Shown: positions 49,376 to 63,795 of the stretch, piece after piece
Numbering within the stretch: the stretch's first letter is position 1
How the letters are laid out: each line of letters starts with the position of its first letter
The notes under the pieces: model-generated
Told to the model about the DNA's origin: nothing
The model's database searches: none
Seen by the model: the letters and a program-made list of their open reading frames with translations, nothing else
Assembly: GCF_004010195.1 (NCBI RefSeq)
Contig: NC_057717.1
Span: 103,811,179-103,875,178, forward strand
Direction of reading: 5' to 3'
From: Chiloscyllium plagiosum
Lineage: Eukaryota
DNA: 64,000 nt
Made by a program: the position numbers and the translations under genes

Positions 49376-52300
49376 TTTAAACTCTCACCCTCAGAATGCA
49401 CTTCTGAGGTATTGTAATGTGGGAGGTTCAGCAGTCAATGTGCAGGCAGTAAACGCCAATACGATAATGACAAAATATTCTCAGGGTTTTAAATGAGATA
49501 AAAATTGACCAGGACACCAGTGAGAAATCGATTGTTGTCTTTAAATTTTGCTACGGGATTATTTAAAGTCCATTTTCTTAGCCAGATGGTGCCTAGTTTA
49601 TGTTTCTCATTCAAACAGCAGTACCCTGCAGTGTGCCACACTCCCTAGGTACTGCAGTGAGATCAGGAGCTGAGATATGAGTGGCTCAGTGATAAGCACT
49701 ACTGCCTCACAGTACCAGGGACTCAGGTTCAATTCCTGCCTCGGGTGACTGTCTGTGTAGAGTTTTTACATTCTCCCCGTGTCTGCGTGGGTTTCCTCCC
49801 ACAGTCAACAGATGTGCAGGTCAGGTGAATTGCCCATAGTGTTAGGTGTATTAGTCAGGAGTAAATGGAGGGCAATGGGTCTGGGTGGGTTACTCTTTGC
49901 AGGGTTGGTGTGGACTTGTTGGGCCAAAGGGCCTGTTTCCATACTGTAGGGAACCTAATCATATTGCCTGTCCTCATCCTCTAGAGCAGTGGTTTAACCC
50001 AGCACCTTCTGACTCACAACTGAAAGCAACATGTACAGAGTCATGGCTGAATGAAACCAAGAAAGGATATGCAACCATCTCTGTCTTCTCTTAGACTGTC
50101 TATTGTAATTGTTTCTTTAACCTCTTGTTTGACTACTTTTGAAGTTAAATGGACATTTTGTTATTTAGTCCCTCTCCACACAGTTCCATTCTCGAACACT
50201 CGGAATCTCTTCCCATTTATTCATGTTGCTGGCTGGGTCAACATTAATCGCCTGTTCCTACTTGCTCTGGAGTGCTGGTGGGGAGCTCCACCCTACAATT
50301 ATGATGGTCCAGGCAGCGTAGGAACACTGGGATTGTAATAAGAGTGCAACACTGCAGTACATCTTGTGCATGAGTGCACGAGTGGTGAATGCTGAATGTG
50401 GTGGATAGGGTGTTAATCAAGCTGTTTGCTTTGCCCTGAATGATGTCAAACCTCTTGAGTGTTGTTGGATCTGCATCCATCCAGGCCAGTGGGGAGTATT
50501 CCATCACCCTCCTGACTTGCTCCTTATAGATGGTGAACAGGCTTTGGGGAGTCAGGAAGTGAGTCATTCGTTGCAAGATTCCTAGCTTCTAACCCACTCT
50601 TGTCGCTGTTGTGTTTATGTGGCTTCATTCCTGATGAAGGGCTTTGGCACAAAACATCAATTTTCCTGCTCCTGAGATGCTGCCTGACCTACAGTGCTTT
50701 TCCAGCACTACGCTCTCAACTCTAATCTCCAGCATCTGCAGTCCTCACCTTCGCCTATTTAGGTGGCTAGTCCAGTTGAGTTTCTGGTCAATAGTAACCC
50801 CCTGCATGTTGATGTTAGGAGATTCAGTGATGGTAACACCATTGAATGTCAAGGGGTGATGGTTAGTTTCTCTCTGATTGGAGAGGGTCATTGGCTGGCA
50901 TATGTCTGGTATCAGTAATGCTTGTTTTTGTGGTGTACCCCCAATTGATCTTCAAGATTTCCCTCGCACATTAGCCATCGCTAAGCTTCTACCTTAGCCC
51001 TTACCTCAGCCTCAGTCGTCCCCTTGACCCAATATCGTTTTCCTTACTTGTTTGATGATCTTCAAATACTCACCTAGCGTTGCAACCGATTCCTGTTATC
51101 TAACTATTTCACTGCTCTCATACTCTCAACCACGCAAGTTCAACTTTTTTACACAGAGGGCGGTTTGTATGTGAAATAATCTGCCAGAGGAAGTGGTAGA
51201 TGTAGGTATAGTTACAGCATTTAAAAGATATTTGGACAGAAACATGAACAGGAAAGAGTTAGAGAGATATAGGCCAAATGCAAAGGCAAATGGGACTAGT
51301 TTAGTTTTGGAAACCTGGTCAGCATGGGCAAGGTTGCACCAAAGGGTCTGTTTCCATGCTGCATGATTCTATGACTTACTGGATTCCATTCCAGAGGTTG
51401 TCGTGAGAAGATGATCTCTGGGTTGCATCCAGGGCTTATATTGCAGTTGCACTGACTGTCACCCGAAGGCTCCAGTGAATTTAGCTTGGGAAGTCAGCTT
51501 CTTACGCACAACCTAATTTCTGATCTGGCTGAAAAGTTGCTGATGAGAGAATGAATGTGCCAGGGCGGGGAAGTCCCACTCTCGATCACGTCAGGGTAAT
51601 ACCAGACGGAAGACCAATCGGCCCATTGAACCTGGGCTAGTACTGGAATAGAGCTGATGAACTCATCCTTCTCCCCCATTCTTTCCCCATTGCAGTTTGT
51701 TTTTTAATCAAATATTGACCTAAGTCCGTTTTTCGCATTGAAACTACAATTGGCAGGATTCTTTCAGGTAGCACTTCTGAGACCATAACCCACTGAACAA
51801 GCCAATCATCTCCCTTGCTGCTTCTTCCACAGTAAATCTGTGCACCCGACCCTCTCACCGCCAAGGGCAAACATTTTCTTTGCATTTACTCAATCGAAAC
51901 CACTCATAATCCTGGACGTCATTATCAAATGTCCTCAGTCTGCTCTCTTCTAAGGAGAAAGTGAGGACTGTGGAGCTGGAGATCAGTCGAAACAAGTAGC
52001 GCTGGAAAAGCACAGCAGGTCAGGCAGCATCTGATGGAACCTGACCTGCTGTGCCTATCCAGTGCCACACTTTCTGACTCTATTCTAAGGAGACCAACAT
52101 TAGATGCTCCAGTATCTCTACATCATTCAGCTTCTTCATCCCTGGTACTCAAGGTTAGAGTGGGAGTAGGCAATTCAGCCCATTGAGTCTGCTCCACCAC
52201 GCAATGAGATCCTGACTGATCTGATCATCCTCAACTCCACTTTGTTGCTGGTTCCCCCCATTACTCTCAAATCCCTCACTGACTAAAACATCTCAGCCGT

Positions 52301-54164
52301 GATGCCGTTTAATGACCCAGCCTCGACAGCCCTCTGCGGTAAAGTATTCCACAGATCCACCACCCTTCCCTCCTCATCTTTGTCTTAAATGTGTCTTATC
52401 CTGAAATTCTCCCCTTTGCTCCTAGCTTCTCCCACATGGGGAAACACCTCTCCATGTCTCCCCTGTCAAACCCCCTAAGAATCTGGTATGTTTCATTAAG
52501 ATCTCCTGTCATCCTTCTAAAGTCCAAACTATGCAAAATAGGGTCCCTCAGGGATCAGCTGAATGAACCTTGTCTGGACTGTCTCCAACGCCAGTACATC
52601 TTCCTATTTCTATCCTCAGGGTTCCAATGGTAGTGGTCCAATCCGTTTCTGAGGCACTCTACCCAATGACATGACATCTATTCACAACAATCCTCCAGCA
52701 GTGTAAGCTCTCATTGTGTACTGGTAATATCTCTGAGACCCTCCATTGATTAGCCTCAACGGGGAAGAAACTCTGTGAGGAGTTCATCTCCTCCTCCAGT
52801 GACCCTGATGAGAAGGGTTGGCATGCATGGAGCTAATGCCAACAACCTACAATGTGCCAGCTTCCCCTTTTCATTCTTTCATGACCTGTGGGTACCAATG
52901 GCAAGACCACATGAGGGGCATAGACAGGGAGAAACCTTTCCCGGCTGATGAAGGTATCAGTGACCGGGGGCATAGATTGAAGGTAAGGGGCAGGAGGTTT
53001 CGAGGGGATGTGAGGAAATAGTTGCTTGCCGCACCAGAGTGGTGGGGAATCGGGAACGCACCGCCTGGGAGGGGAGGAGAGTCAGGAACCCTCATCACAA
53101 TTAAAGGAGAATTTAGATGCCAAGGTACCCAAGGCTATAGGTGAAGTGCTGGAAAATGAGATGAGAATAGTCAGGTGGTTGGTTTTGACTGACGCAGACT
53201 TGATGGACCTTTCTCTGTGCTGTACATCTCTATGACTCCACAGACATTACTCAATATGTGTTGTCCACTAATTTATAATATCCTGTGGGATAGCTACCAC
53301 TGGATTAAAGAGCTATTCCCCATTGGAAATTCAGTTATATAATCACTACGGTGTGGAAACACGCCATTTGGCCCAACCTGACCCTCCGAAAACTAACCCA
53401 CCCAGACCCATTCTCCTGAATGATGCACCTAATCTGCACATCCCTGAAACCATTTCCAATTTACCATGGCCAATTCACCCTAACCAGCACATCTTTGGAG
53501 TGTGGGAGGAAACCCATGCAGACACGGGGAGAATGTGCAAACTCCACACAGACAGTCACCCGCGGCTGGAATCGAACCCAGGAACCTGGTATTGTGAGGC
53601 AGTAGTGCTAACCGTTGGGCCACCATGCAGCCCTAGAAATCATGGAATCCCTACAATGTGAAAGCATGCCATTTGGCCCATCGAGACCACACCAACCCTC
53701 CAAAGTGCATCCCAAACCCTTTACCCTATCTCTGTCACCTTGCATTGCCTCTGGTCGATCCACCTAACCTACACAATTTAATCTCACCGAATACAGAAAT
53801 AATTTAATTTTCATCGAAGGGATGTGGGTGTCATTGGTTGGGTCAGCATTTCTTACCCATCCCTAATCGCCCCTTGAATGGAGAGGCTGGCTAGGGCATG
53901 TCAGAGGGCTGTGGGTCTGGAGCCACATGCAGGGCAGGATGCCACGGTGACATCAGTGACTCAGACGGGTTGACATGATGGTCAATAATATCTTCATGCT
54001 CACCATCACTGAGGCCAGCTTTCTATTCCAGATTTCTGAGTGGAACTAAAACCCCAGCAGCTGCCATGCTGGGAAGTCAACCCTGGTCACCGTGGACATT
54101 AGCCTCTGGGTTACTTTACCACCGTGTCACCACCTCCACTGTTCCTGTCCTAGAGCAAGCTGAG

Positions 54165-54665
54165 GACCAGCTGGTGCCTCTGAGGCAGAAGGTTCACATC
54201 CCATTTTAGAAACAAGGGAATGGCACTATTTCCAGCATGGGCATTGATGGGTCAAATGACCTCCTTGTGCTGTTCCCTTCTATGGTTCAGCATAAACCCC
54301 ATGTTGAACCTGAAAAGCAGTGTGAAGGGGGTGCCACAAGCACTTTCTTTCACATGAGACATAAAAGCCAGACACATCGTAAGGAGAATGCAACAGGTCC
54401 CAGGGCACCATTTGGGGAAGAGCAGATGATTTCTCCCCGTTGCCTTGCCCAATATTCATCCCTTCCCCAACATCAAACCATGAAACCGATAAATTGGTCA
54501 TTTACCACATTGCTCTTTGGGATAGCTTGCTGTGCACAAGTAGACTCCTTCCAAAACAACAGGGACAGCACTTGGAAAAAAGAAAGCATTTCAATGGTTG
54601 TAGAGTTCTTTGGGACATTCTGAGATCATGGGAGGTGCTATATAAATGCAAGCCTTTTTCTTCCT
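54165..54665 (+). mobile_element. Ancient DeuSINE-like element, near full length (other fragments at ~42510-42680 +, ~49390-49660 -)
   Basis: Deu-domain motifs and a tail CTTTGGGACATTCTGAG...GCTATATAAATGCAAG. Confidence 0.65.
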
Positions 54666-54874
54666 TTAACCTATCAGGAACATGTATACATTCATGGAAA
54701 ATGTTGGCTATCCCAGATAAACAAAACTAAATTTTCTGTCTTTCTTGAAACCTAAAAGTTCAATCTTCACAAAATATCCATTAACGCCATTGGACAAGAT
54801 GGACCCATTTTAGTTCCAAACCTGTTGGTTGGAATCTAGAGAGAGGTAAATAAACAGCGCCCGTTCATTAGATG

Positions 54875-55400
54875 CAGACTCCCTACAGAATGGAAGCAGA
54901 CTATTCGGCCCATCAAGTCCACACTGACCCTCCGAAGACCATCCCACCCAGACCCACCCCAACCCATGGCATGGTGGCTCAGTGGTTAGCACTGCTGCCT
55001 CACAGCACCAGGGTCCCAGGTTGGATTCCAGCCTCGGGCGACTGTCTGTGTGGGGTTTGCACATTCTCATCGTGTCCGTGTGGGTTTCCTCCCACAGTCC
55101 AAAGATGTGCAGGTCAGGTGCATTGGCCATGCTAAATTGCCCGTAGTGTTGGGTGCTTTAGTCAGAGGGAAATAGGTCTGGGTGAGTTACTCTTCAGATG
55201 TCGGTATGAACTGGTTGGGCCGAAGGGCCTGTTTCCACACTGTAGGGAATCTAATCTAAGCCCACATATGCCATGGTTAACCCACCTAGCCTGCACACCC
55301 CTGGACACTATGGGGTAATTTAGCATGGCCAATCCACCCTGACCTGCACATCTTTGGACTATGGGAGGAAACCGGAGCACCCGGAGGAAATCCAGGGAGA
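54875..55400. mobile_element. Minus-strand HE1 SINE with a nested plus-strand HE1 SINE (~54966-55260)
   Basis: Host tail at 54875-54965, the inserted full SINE, then the host body resumes at about 55261-55400. Confidence 0.75.
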
Positions 55401-55773
55401 CATTGCAATTAGGCAAATTCTATTGATAATTGATCCGTTGCTTGGCAAATTCCTCTGCTGGAGTAAAACCTTGTGACTTATTAATGTAGGTTCCTCTCAG
55501 ATTTTCTCCAGACATCCAAAGTAATTTATGAATAAAAGGGAATTTTTTTTTTTGAACTGTGGTGGGTGGTTGGAACAATTTCCAACTTGTATAGTTTACT
55601 CAGCTAAACAATGCTACAGCTTGGAGCGAGTTTTTAAAAAAAAACGTTGTTTCTCTCTTAAGTTAAGCTTCCCTGTGCAAAAGCACCACAGCCAAAGGGG
55701 AGGAGAGATTTCTCGCCTCTGCTGAACGATGAATGCTGAGGGTTGGGTCAGCGAGCACAGAATTGTCACTCAC

Positions 55774-55834
55774 CTTGCTGTGCCCCACAGACAAGGCATC
55801 GCTTCAAGCCCATCTTGCTCTGCCGTTGTTGCAT
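55774..55834 (-). CDS. Candidate first coding exon (MQQRQSKMGLKRCLVCGAQQ-G), possibly of the RASAL3-like gene
   Basis: Strong donor AAG|GTGAGT in a non-repetitive, relatively CpG-rich segment, with two in-frame ATGs (55834, 55813). Lies just downstream of a motif cluster. No homology support. Confidence 0.35.
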
Positions 55835-55859
55835 CTCAGTTTTGTTGCTCCCAGGGTCG

Positions 55860-55997
55860 GGTGTCACACTCGGTGCGCTCAGAGCCCCCGGAGTGTGAGC
55901 GTCTCTCCCACGACCACCGTTGGTGCTGCCCCCGAAACCGTTCCTGCCTTTGCAAAGCACCGGCCTCTCCCTGTCTGCCCCGAAACCCGGGTGGTGT

Positions 55998-56032
<35 letters not shown>

Positions 56033-56200
56033 CCACAACGCTCTGATCTTTTGCGACGCAGACTAGCGAGTATCAGCTTCAGTGTAACTGACAGCCAACC
56101 AACTTCACCGGTCACATGACCACGTCAGTCTGATTCAAAGAAAGCATTCCGACCTGAACATTGTCATCTACCTTCTTAACTTCCTGTTTGCAAAAAATCA
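55860..56200 (-). promoter_or_regulatory. Candidate promoter/5' region
   Basis: CpG enrichment, (CT)n tract at 56001-56029, E-box-containing GGTCACATGACC (56110-56121), overlapping CCACGTCA (TGACGTGG on minus, 56120-56127) and ETS-type ACTTCCTG (56179-56186). Confidence 0.35.
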
Positions 56201-59200
56201 AATTTCCCCTGTTTCACACCAAGATTGTATGTGCTTCTTAGATTGGTAATAAGCCATGCAATTGTCAGCTTGCCAGCTAAGTCCGGCAGGGACTATAGAA
56301 CGGTACAGAACTGAAGGAAGACATTCGGCTCATCAGCCTCTGCTAACTCTTTGAAGAAATTCTCCAATGAGTCCCATTCAAAGCAGCAGTCCCAGCACCC
56401 CGCTATTTCCACATCAGCCTGCAAACCCGTTCTTCACCAGGGCCCACCCCCTCTACTCTATCCCTGCAACCCTGCATTCCCCCCTTAAGCTGCACATTTT
56501 TCAACAGTGGGAGGAAACCAGAGGAAACCCACGCAGGTACGGAGAGAAAGTGCACACTCCCCACAGACAGTCGCCTGGGGGTGGAATTGAACAGCTGTCC
56601 CCGACGCTGTGAGGCAGCAGTGCTAACCACTGAGCTGCCCATTCGGGGATAGCAGGGGCTTTAATGAGTTCTTCTGGGTTTATGCTTCAAATTCAGGTGG
56701 CCTGTACAACTCACAGCGCATGAAAAAAAAAATCACCTTCCACTCTGGTTACTGTGTGACTTATATAAACCTTCTATAATGCTCATTCTCAGAGCCAGTA
56801 CAGGCAGTGACAGGACAAATGGCCTCCTTCAGTATTGTAACCATTCTGTGGTTTTGTGTTTTCCAGCTGTCCTGCCTGTGAGAAACGAAGCTCACTCACT
56901 TTAATAATTTCAGTCCGAGACAAGAGCTGAAGCAGCAATTATATATTTCCTTAAGACCATAAGATCATAAGACCAGTCGCCCGCCTCAGGCGACTGACTG
57001 TGTGGAGTTTGCACATTCTCCCCGTGTCTGCGTGGGTTTCCTCCGGGTGCCCCAGTTTCCTCCCACAGTCCAAAGATGTGCAGGGCCAGGTGAATTGGCC
57101 GTGCTAAATTGCCCGTAGTGTTAGATAAGGGGTAAATGTATGGGTATGGGTGGTTTGTGCTTCGGCGGGTCGGTGTGGACTTGTTGGGCCAAAGGGCCTG
57201 TTTCCACACTATAAAGTAATCTAATCTAATAACATAGGAGTGGAAGTAAGGCCATTCGGCCCATCGAGTCCACTCCGCCATTCAATCATGGCTGACTCCA
57301 CTTACCCGCATTCTCCCCGTAGCCCTTAATTCCTTGTGACATCAAGAATTTATCAATCCTTCACATAGTTTTCATTCTTGTTAACTCAGCTCTTGGCTGA
57401 AATAATTATACACTGGTGTGAGTTCATTTACCTTGTATCAGTAATTATGATTGCAGAAGTAACACTGCTTTACCTATATCCCACATGCCATTTTATACAG
57501 TTCCCCCTTAATGACTCTCTTGGAGCCATCCTCAATGTTGAACGTTCCTGTTTTGCATCCCCTTAACATGCCATGCTCTGAAGAGAATTCTCTCAGCTCC
57601 TCCAGTCTCTCAGCAGGGAAGGAACCTGGCTGATTTCACCTCGCACTCCTGCAGATATCCTGAGGTCAACTGTAGAGCCCCAGATGTCACCTCTGAATGT
57701 TACTAATCGGGTGTACCACAACCCAGTCTGGATCCTGGGTCATATAACCAGAACAAACAGCAACAGGAGCACAGGGACAGGTGACGTTGTCACGGACAAT
57801 GTTAAAGTTCATTATTACATGGCTGCCCCAGACCCTGCAATACTGTGGCAAGCATCTTAATGAACTTCCACATCCAGTGCTTCCCGAAGTGGGAGTTGGG
57901 ACCCCCACTCCCCAACACCGTGGCATCACGAGCTGAGACCTTGGGATCCCAATCTCTGAGGTCCAATTGGTCATTGTGGGAGCAGGTCTCCCTCATTTCC
58001 CGACTCAACCAGTCCCCTTCACCCCCTTGCCCTGTCTCTCACAGGCATTCCTTCCCATCACCCCCTGCAAAATGATCCCGGGGACGAAGGGCTTGTCATA
58101 TGAGGAGCGGTTGAGGACTCTGGGTCTGGACTCGATGGAGTTTAGAAGGGTGAGGGGGGAATCTGACTGAAACTTACACAAGGCTGAGGGGCCTGGAGAG
58201 AGTGGACGTGGAGAAGATGTTTCCTCTAGACTGGGACACGACGGCACAGCCTCAGGGTGAAGGGACGAACGTTTAGAAGGGAGATGAGGAGGAATTTCTT
58301 CAGCCGGAGGGTGGGGAATCTCGGAAACTCATTGCCACAGAGAGCTGTGGAGGCCAAGTCACTGAGTGTCTTTAAGGTGGAGATAGACAGGTACTTGATT
58401 GGTGAGGGGATCAAGGGAAGACAGGAAAATGGGGTTGAGAAACAAATCCATCATGATCAAAAGGCAGAGCTGACTCAATGGGCCGAATGGTCTGATTTTC
58501 CCTATCTTATGGTTTAATCTTTATGGCCTCTGCCACAACCACTACCTCCACTTACACCACCTCACACCTTCTCACTGAGGGGTTGTAACCATTGGTTTAA
58601 AACCAGGAACACAGTGGGGGAAAGTGCATTGCCTCAATCCTCTGGGGAGGTAGGCCTGCACTTCAGCTTAAGAAAGTGACAGAACAGCAGAAGGATCTCG
58701 TCACCAGGAATCTTGCCAGACGTTCCTTTGAGCGTGCCCAGGACTGGGGCACGTTGTTGGCCGACTTGAAAAGTCTCCCTTCCTCTTGTGATGTTATGTT
58801 CTTAAGGAGCGTTAGTCATTTCCTGCCCACCAATCGACAGTTCGGAAATAGAGCAACTGTCTTAACCACACCAGCCCGAACTAAACAGAAGCCAAAAACC
58901 CCCCCCGATGGTACCAATCCCAGACACAGCATCTTTACACAGTGCAGTCAGTAACCATTTCCAACAGTTAGAGGCTACTGTCAACAAGTGAAGGGTGTTC
59001 ATTAACAGTAAGTAATCTAATCTAATCTAATCTAAACATGACAATGATCTACAACACAGGAACAGGCCATTTGGCCCAACTGTTCCATGTTGGTCTACTT
59101 CACCCCACCAGCTGCATCCTTGCCCCCACTTCACGTCAAGCTATCAACATATCCTGCCATTCCTTTTGACCCCGATGTGCTTATCCAGCATCACCCTGGA

Positions 59201-61011
59201 ACGTACCCAACATATTCACCTCTGTGTGGTGGTGAGTTTCACACTCACACTACTCTCTGGGCAAAGAGAGTTTCTCCTGATTGAATGGAAGTATTGTCCA
59301 CCACATTGGTTATCAAATAGGTTGACAGAGACCTGGTGGTATTCTGTAGCAATTCCCAACATTGCCCACAAAATAATTTCTCCACCAAAGAGAGAGAAGG
59401 CTAGAATTGGCTGACCACCCACTTTGGATAAATTACCAAGAGTTAATGCCACCCACTCAGGGGGCTGACTAGATACCTTCTCGACCCAGTAATGGATGTC
59501 TGTTTCCACAGAATCCCTACGGTGTGGAAAGAAGCCATTCAGCCTGTCAGTTCTGTACTGACCCTCCGAAGAGGATCCCGACCAGACACACACCCCCACC
59601 CCATAACCCTGGATCTCCCATGGCTAACCCACCCAGCCTGTACACCCCTTTTGGGACAATTTAGCATGGCCAATCCACCCTAATCTGCACATCTTGTGAG
59701 TGTGGGAGGAAACCCACGCAGACATGGGGAGAATGTTGAAACTCCACGCAGACAGTCACATGAGGGTGGAATCAAACCCAGGTCCCTGGCGCTGTGAGGC
59801 AGCAGTGCTAACCACTGAGCCACCGTGCATGCATTGAGTCACCCAGTTACTTTGTTGGGGGGGGTGATGTGAGGGTCGGAAATGCTCTAATTTTGTGATG
59901 GGGGGAGGGGTTTGGCACATTCAATCAACATGGAAGCCTTGGAATCCATTACAGCCCATAAAGTGGCCCTTCGGCCCATTGAATTTAGGCTCTGTGACTG
60001 TCATTACGATGCTGCTTGGCCAGTTGGGGTATTTCTAACACTTCCCATTTATATTAATCGCTTGGTTGAGTTGATAACGTGGGAAAGGTCAGTGTGCCTT
60101 ACATAAGCCTTCTAGCTGTCATGTACACTCTGGGAACGTTTACGTAACAGAGAAGCTGCCATCAGTGCACACAGAATATTCCGGAGAAAGTCATTTTCAT
60201 GTGATTGCCCCGACATTAGAAACAGAGGGGAGAAAGTTTATTTCTTCATTGGTATTTTTCTTTGAGGAATGAAATTGTCAGCGTGTTAGTGAACTTGCTC
60301 ATCTGACCAATAACTCTTTGTGTTGAATGTGGAACATCGGAAGGGGAGGAGCCTATTCTGCCCCTGTTTGGGTGTATTTTCAATTTCCACAGCACGAGGG
60401 CATCTTTGGCTGGGCCAGCATTTATTACCCATCCCTAATTGCCCCTGGATAAGAGGCAGTTAAGCCTCGCTTCTGGATCTATTGCAATGGGCTCCAGGGA
60501 GGGAGTTCCAGGATTTTGGCCCAGCGGCACTGAAGGAACAGCGATATATTTCCAAGTCAGGATTGGAGGGAAGCTTGCAGGGGGTGGTGTTCCCACATCA
60601 AAAACAGTTCAGGTTGTACACACCCCAACATTAGTCGAGTGCCACGTCAGCTTTATCCTTGACTTCCTGGGTCTAACCTGTCTAACTCAAGCTGCTGCAA
60701 TGAGGAGTTACCTGTTTCTTCAAGGCATTTATTGTAAAGTTCTTCACATGTACCTCCATTTAAATACTCTTCTTTTGTTCTCCCTTTCCAAATGAACAGT
60801 GGTATTGTTGGGTTCCATCAGTTTGTGAGATCATTACTACTGACATACTTGAAAAGGGAATCTCCAACCAAAGTCGTTTTGAGAACTGCAGATCTGTCCC
60901 TCTCACACAATGTCAGTGACCAGATAATGTGGGCTCATTCCTCCTTCTTCCCTAATCGTTCCCCATTAAATACTTGTAAACGTCTTTAAATGAATTACTT
61001 ATACCTTATTA

Positions 61012-63795
61012 CAGAGTCATCGAGTCATCCAGCACGGAAACAGACCCTTCGGTCCAACCAGTCCATACTGACCCTAACCCCAAACTAAACTAGTCCCACC
61101 TGCCTCCTCCTGGCCCATATCCCTCCTATTCCTGTCCTTATCCAAATGTCTTTTAAACGTTGTAACTGTCCCCACATCCACCACTTCCTCAGGAAGGTCA
61201 TTCCACACACAAACCACCCACTGAGTAAAACATTTGCCCCTCACGTCTTTATTTAAATCTCTCTCCTCTCATCTTAAAAATGTGCCCCCTAGTCTTCGAA
61301 TTCCCCAGTTACTTTCTTCACAAGACATACCCTCCAGTCCAGGCAGCATCCTGGTAAATCTCCTCTGCACCCTCTCTAAAGCTTCCACATCCTTCCTGTA
61401 ATGAGGCGACCAGAACTGAAGACAATATTCCAAGTGGGGGTTGAACCAGGGCTTTATAGAGCTGCAGCATAACCTCGTGGCTCTTAAAATCAATCTCCCC
61501 CCCCCGCCCGGCTAATGAAAGCCAACACACCATACACCTTCTTAACACCTTTTTTATCTTAGCCTGCTGGACAAACTTTCCTCATTCCTGAAGAAGGGCT
61601 TATGCCCGAAACGTCGATTCTCCTGTTCCCTGGATGCTGCCTGACATGCTGCGCTTTTCCAGCAACACATTTTCAGCTCTGATCTCCAGCATCTGCAGAC
61701 CTCACTTTCTCCACCTTCTTAACAACCCTATCAACTTGGGTAGCAACTTTGAGGGATCTATGCATGTGGACCCCAAGATCCCACTGTGCCTCCACACTGC
61801 AGAGAATCCTGACTTTAACCTTATATACTGCATTCAAATTTGACCTTCCAAAATGAATCACTTCACACTTTTCCAGGTTGAACTCCATCTGCCACTCTCA
61901 GCCCAGCTCTGCTTCCTGTCAATGTCATGTTGCACCTGACCCTGCACATCTTTGGACTGTGGGAGGAAACCGGAGCACCCGGAGGAAACCCACGCAGACA
62001 CGGGGAGAACGTGCAAACTCCACACAGTCAGTCGCCTGAGGCGGGAATTGAACCTGGGTCTCTGGCGCTGTGAGGCAGCAGTGCTAACCACTGTGCCACC
62101 CTGCCGCCCAGTAATGAGCCTATCATGGGGAGCCTGATCAAACACCCTGCTAAAATCCACATACACCACATCTACTGCTCTACCTTCATCAATGTGTTTT
62201 ATCACATCCTCAAAGACTTCAATAAGGCTTGTGAGGCATAACCCGCCCCTCACAAAGCCATGATGATTATCTCTAATCAAACTATGCTTTTCCGAATTAT
62301 CATAAATCCTGTCTCTCAGAATCCTCTCCGATAATTTGCCCACCATAAGACTGACTGATCTGTAATTCCCAGGACCTCCCCTACCTCCCCCGACTCCAGG
62401 CGCAAGTTCCCTCCACTCTCCCTGATTGGCCCCACCCTCACTCTGGCCATCCTCTTGTTCCACACATAAGAGTAGAATGCCTTGGGATTTTCCTTAATCC
62501 TACTCGCTAAAGCTTTTTCATGCCCCCTTCTAGCTCTAGGTCCATTCTTCAGTTCCTTCCTGGCTATTTTGTAACCCTCTAGAGCCCGGTCTGATCCTTG
62601 CCTCCTCAACCTTAAGTAAGCTTCCTTCTTCCTCTTGACTGGATGTTCCACATCTATTGTCACCCAAAGTTCCTTCACCCTCCCATCCCTTCCTTGCCTC
62701 AGCAGGATAAACCTGTCCAGCTCTATCAGCAAGTGCTCCTTCAACAACCTTCACATTTCTGTCATGCATTTCCCTGAGAAAATCTGTTCCCAATTTATGC
62801 TCCACAGTTCCTGCCTAATAGCATTGCAATTCACGCTCCCCCAATTAAATACTTTCCCAACCATCTGCACCTAACCCTTTTCACAAGTGTAGTAAAGGTC
62901 AGGGAGTTGTGATCACTATCACTGAAATGCTCTCCCACCAAGAGACCTGACACCTGATCTGGATCATTACCAAGCAACATATCCAATATGGCCTCCCCTC
63001 TCGTTGGCTTATCGACAAATTGAGTCAGGAATCCTTCCTAGACACACCTGACACAAACTGCTCCATCCAAACTATTTGCATTAAGGAGATTCCAATCAAT
63101 ATTAGGGAAGTTAAAGTCACCCATGACAACAGCCCTGCACCTTTCCAAAATCTGCCTCCCAAACTGTTTCTCTGTGTCTCTGTTGCTAATGGGGGGGTCA
63201 ATAGAAAACTCCTAGTAATGTGACTGCTCCTTTCCTGTTTCTGACTTCCACCCATACTGGCTCAGTAGGCAAACCCTCCTCAACGCCCTCCCTTTCTGCA
63301 GCTGTGATACTATCCCTGATTAGCAATGCCCGTCCCCCACCTCTTTACCTCCCTCGTATTCCTTTTGAAACATCTAAATCCTGGAACATCCAACAACTGA
63401 TCCTGCCCCTATCATGTCCAAGTCTCCGTAATGGCCAAAACATTATAGTTCCAAATACTGATCTATGGTCTGAGTTTGAAACACTAACTGCAACTTTGCC
63501 CTATCAACTGTCTATCCTTCCCCACAGACTCTCTGCATGCTGTATCTGCCCATTGACCAGTTACCCCATCCTCTGATCCATGGCTCAGGTTCTCTCTCCC
63601 CCCACCATCCAGTTTAAACCCTCCTGAAGACCCTCCTCCAGCAAACCTCCCGCCCAGGATACTGATGCCCCTCCAGGTCAGGTGCAACCCGTCCCTCTGG
63701 TACAGGTCCCACCTTCCCCAGAAGGTGCCCTAATGATCCACATACCTGAAACCATCCCTCCTACACCAGCCCTGCAGCCACGTGTTCATCGGCAC
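61012..63795 (-). mobile_element. Long degraded CR1 LINE (ORF1 esterase remnant, AP endonuclease, RT, 3' UTR) with internal deletions and insertions of a SINE and a Penelope-derived repeat
   Basis: ORF1-like LHLTWRGISILGGRF; RT PGNYRSVSL..GKL.E...HGFVRG..CLT.LIE.FE.V...VDVVYVDFSR.FD..PH; 3' motif PHLEYCLQFWSPHYRKDVEALERVQRRFTRM. Confidence 0.9.
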
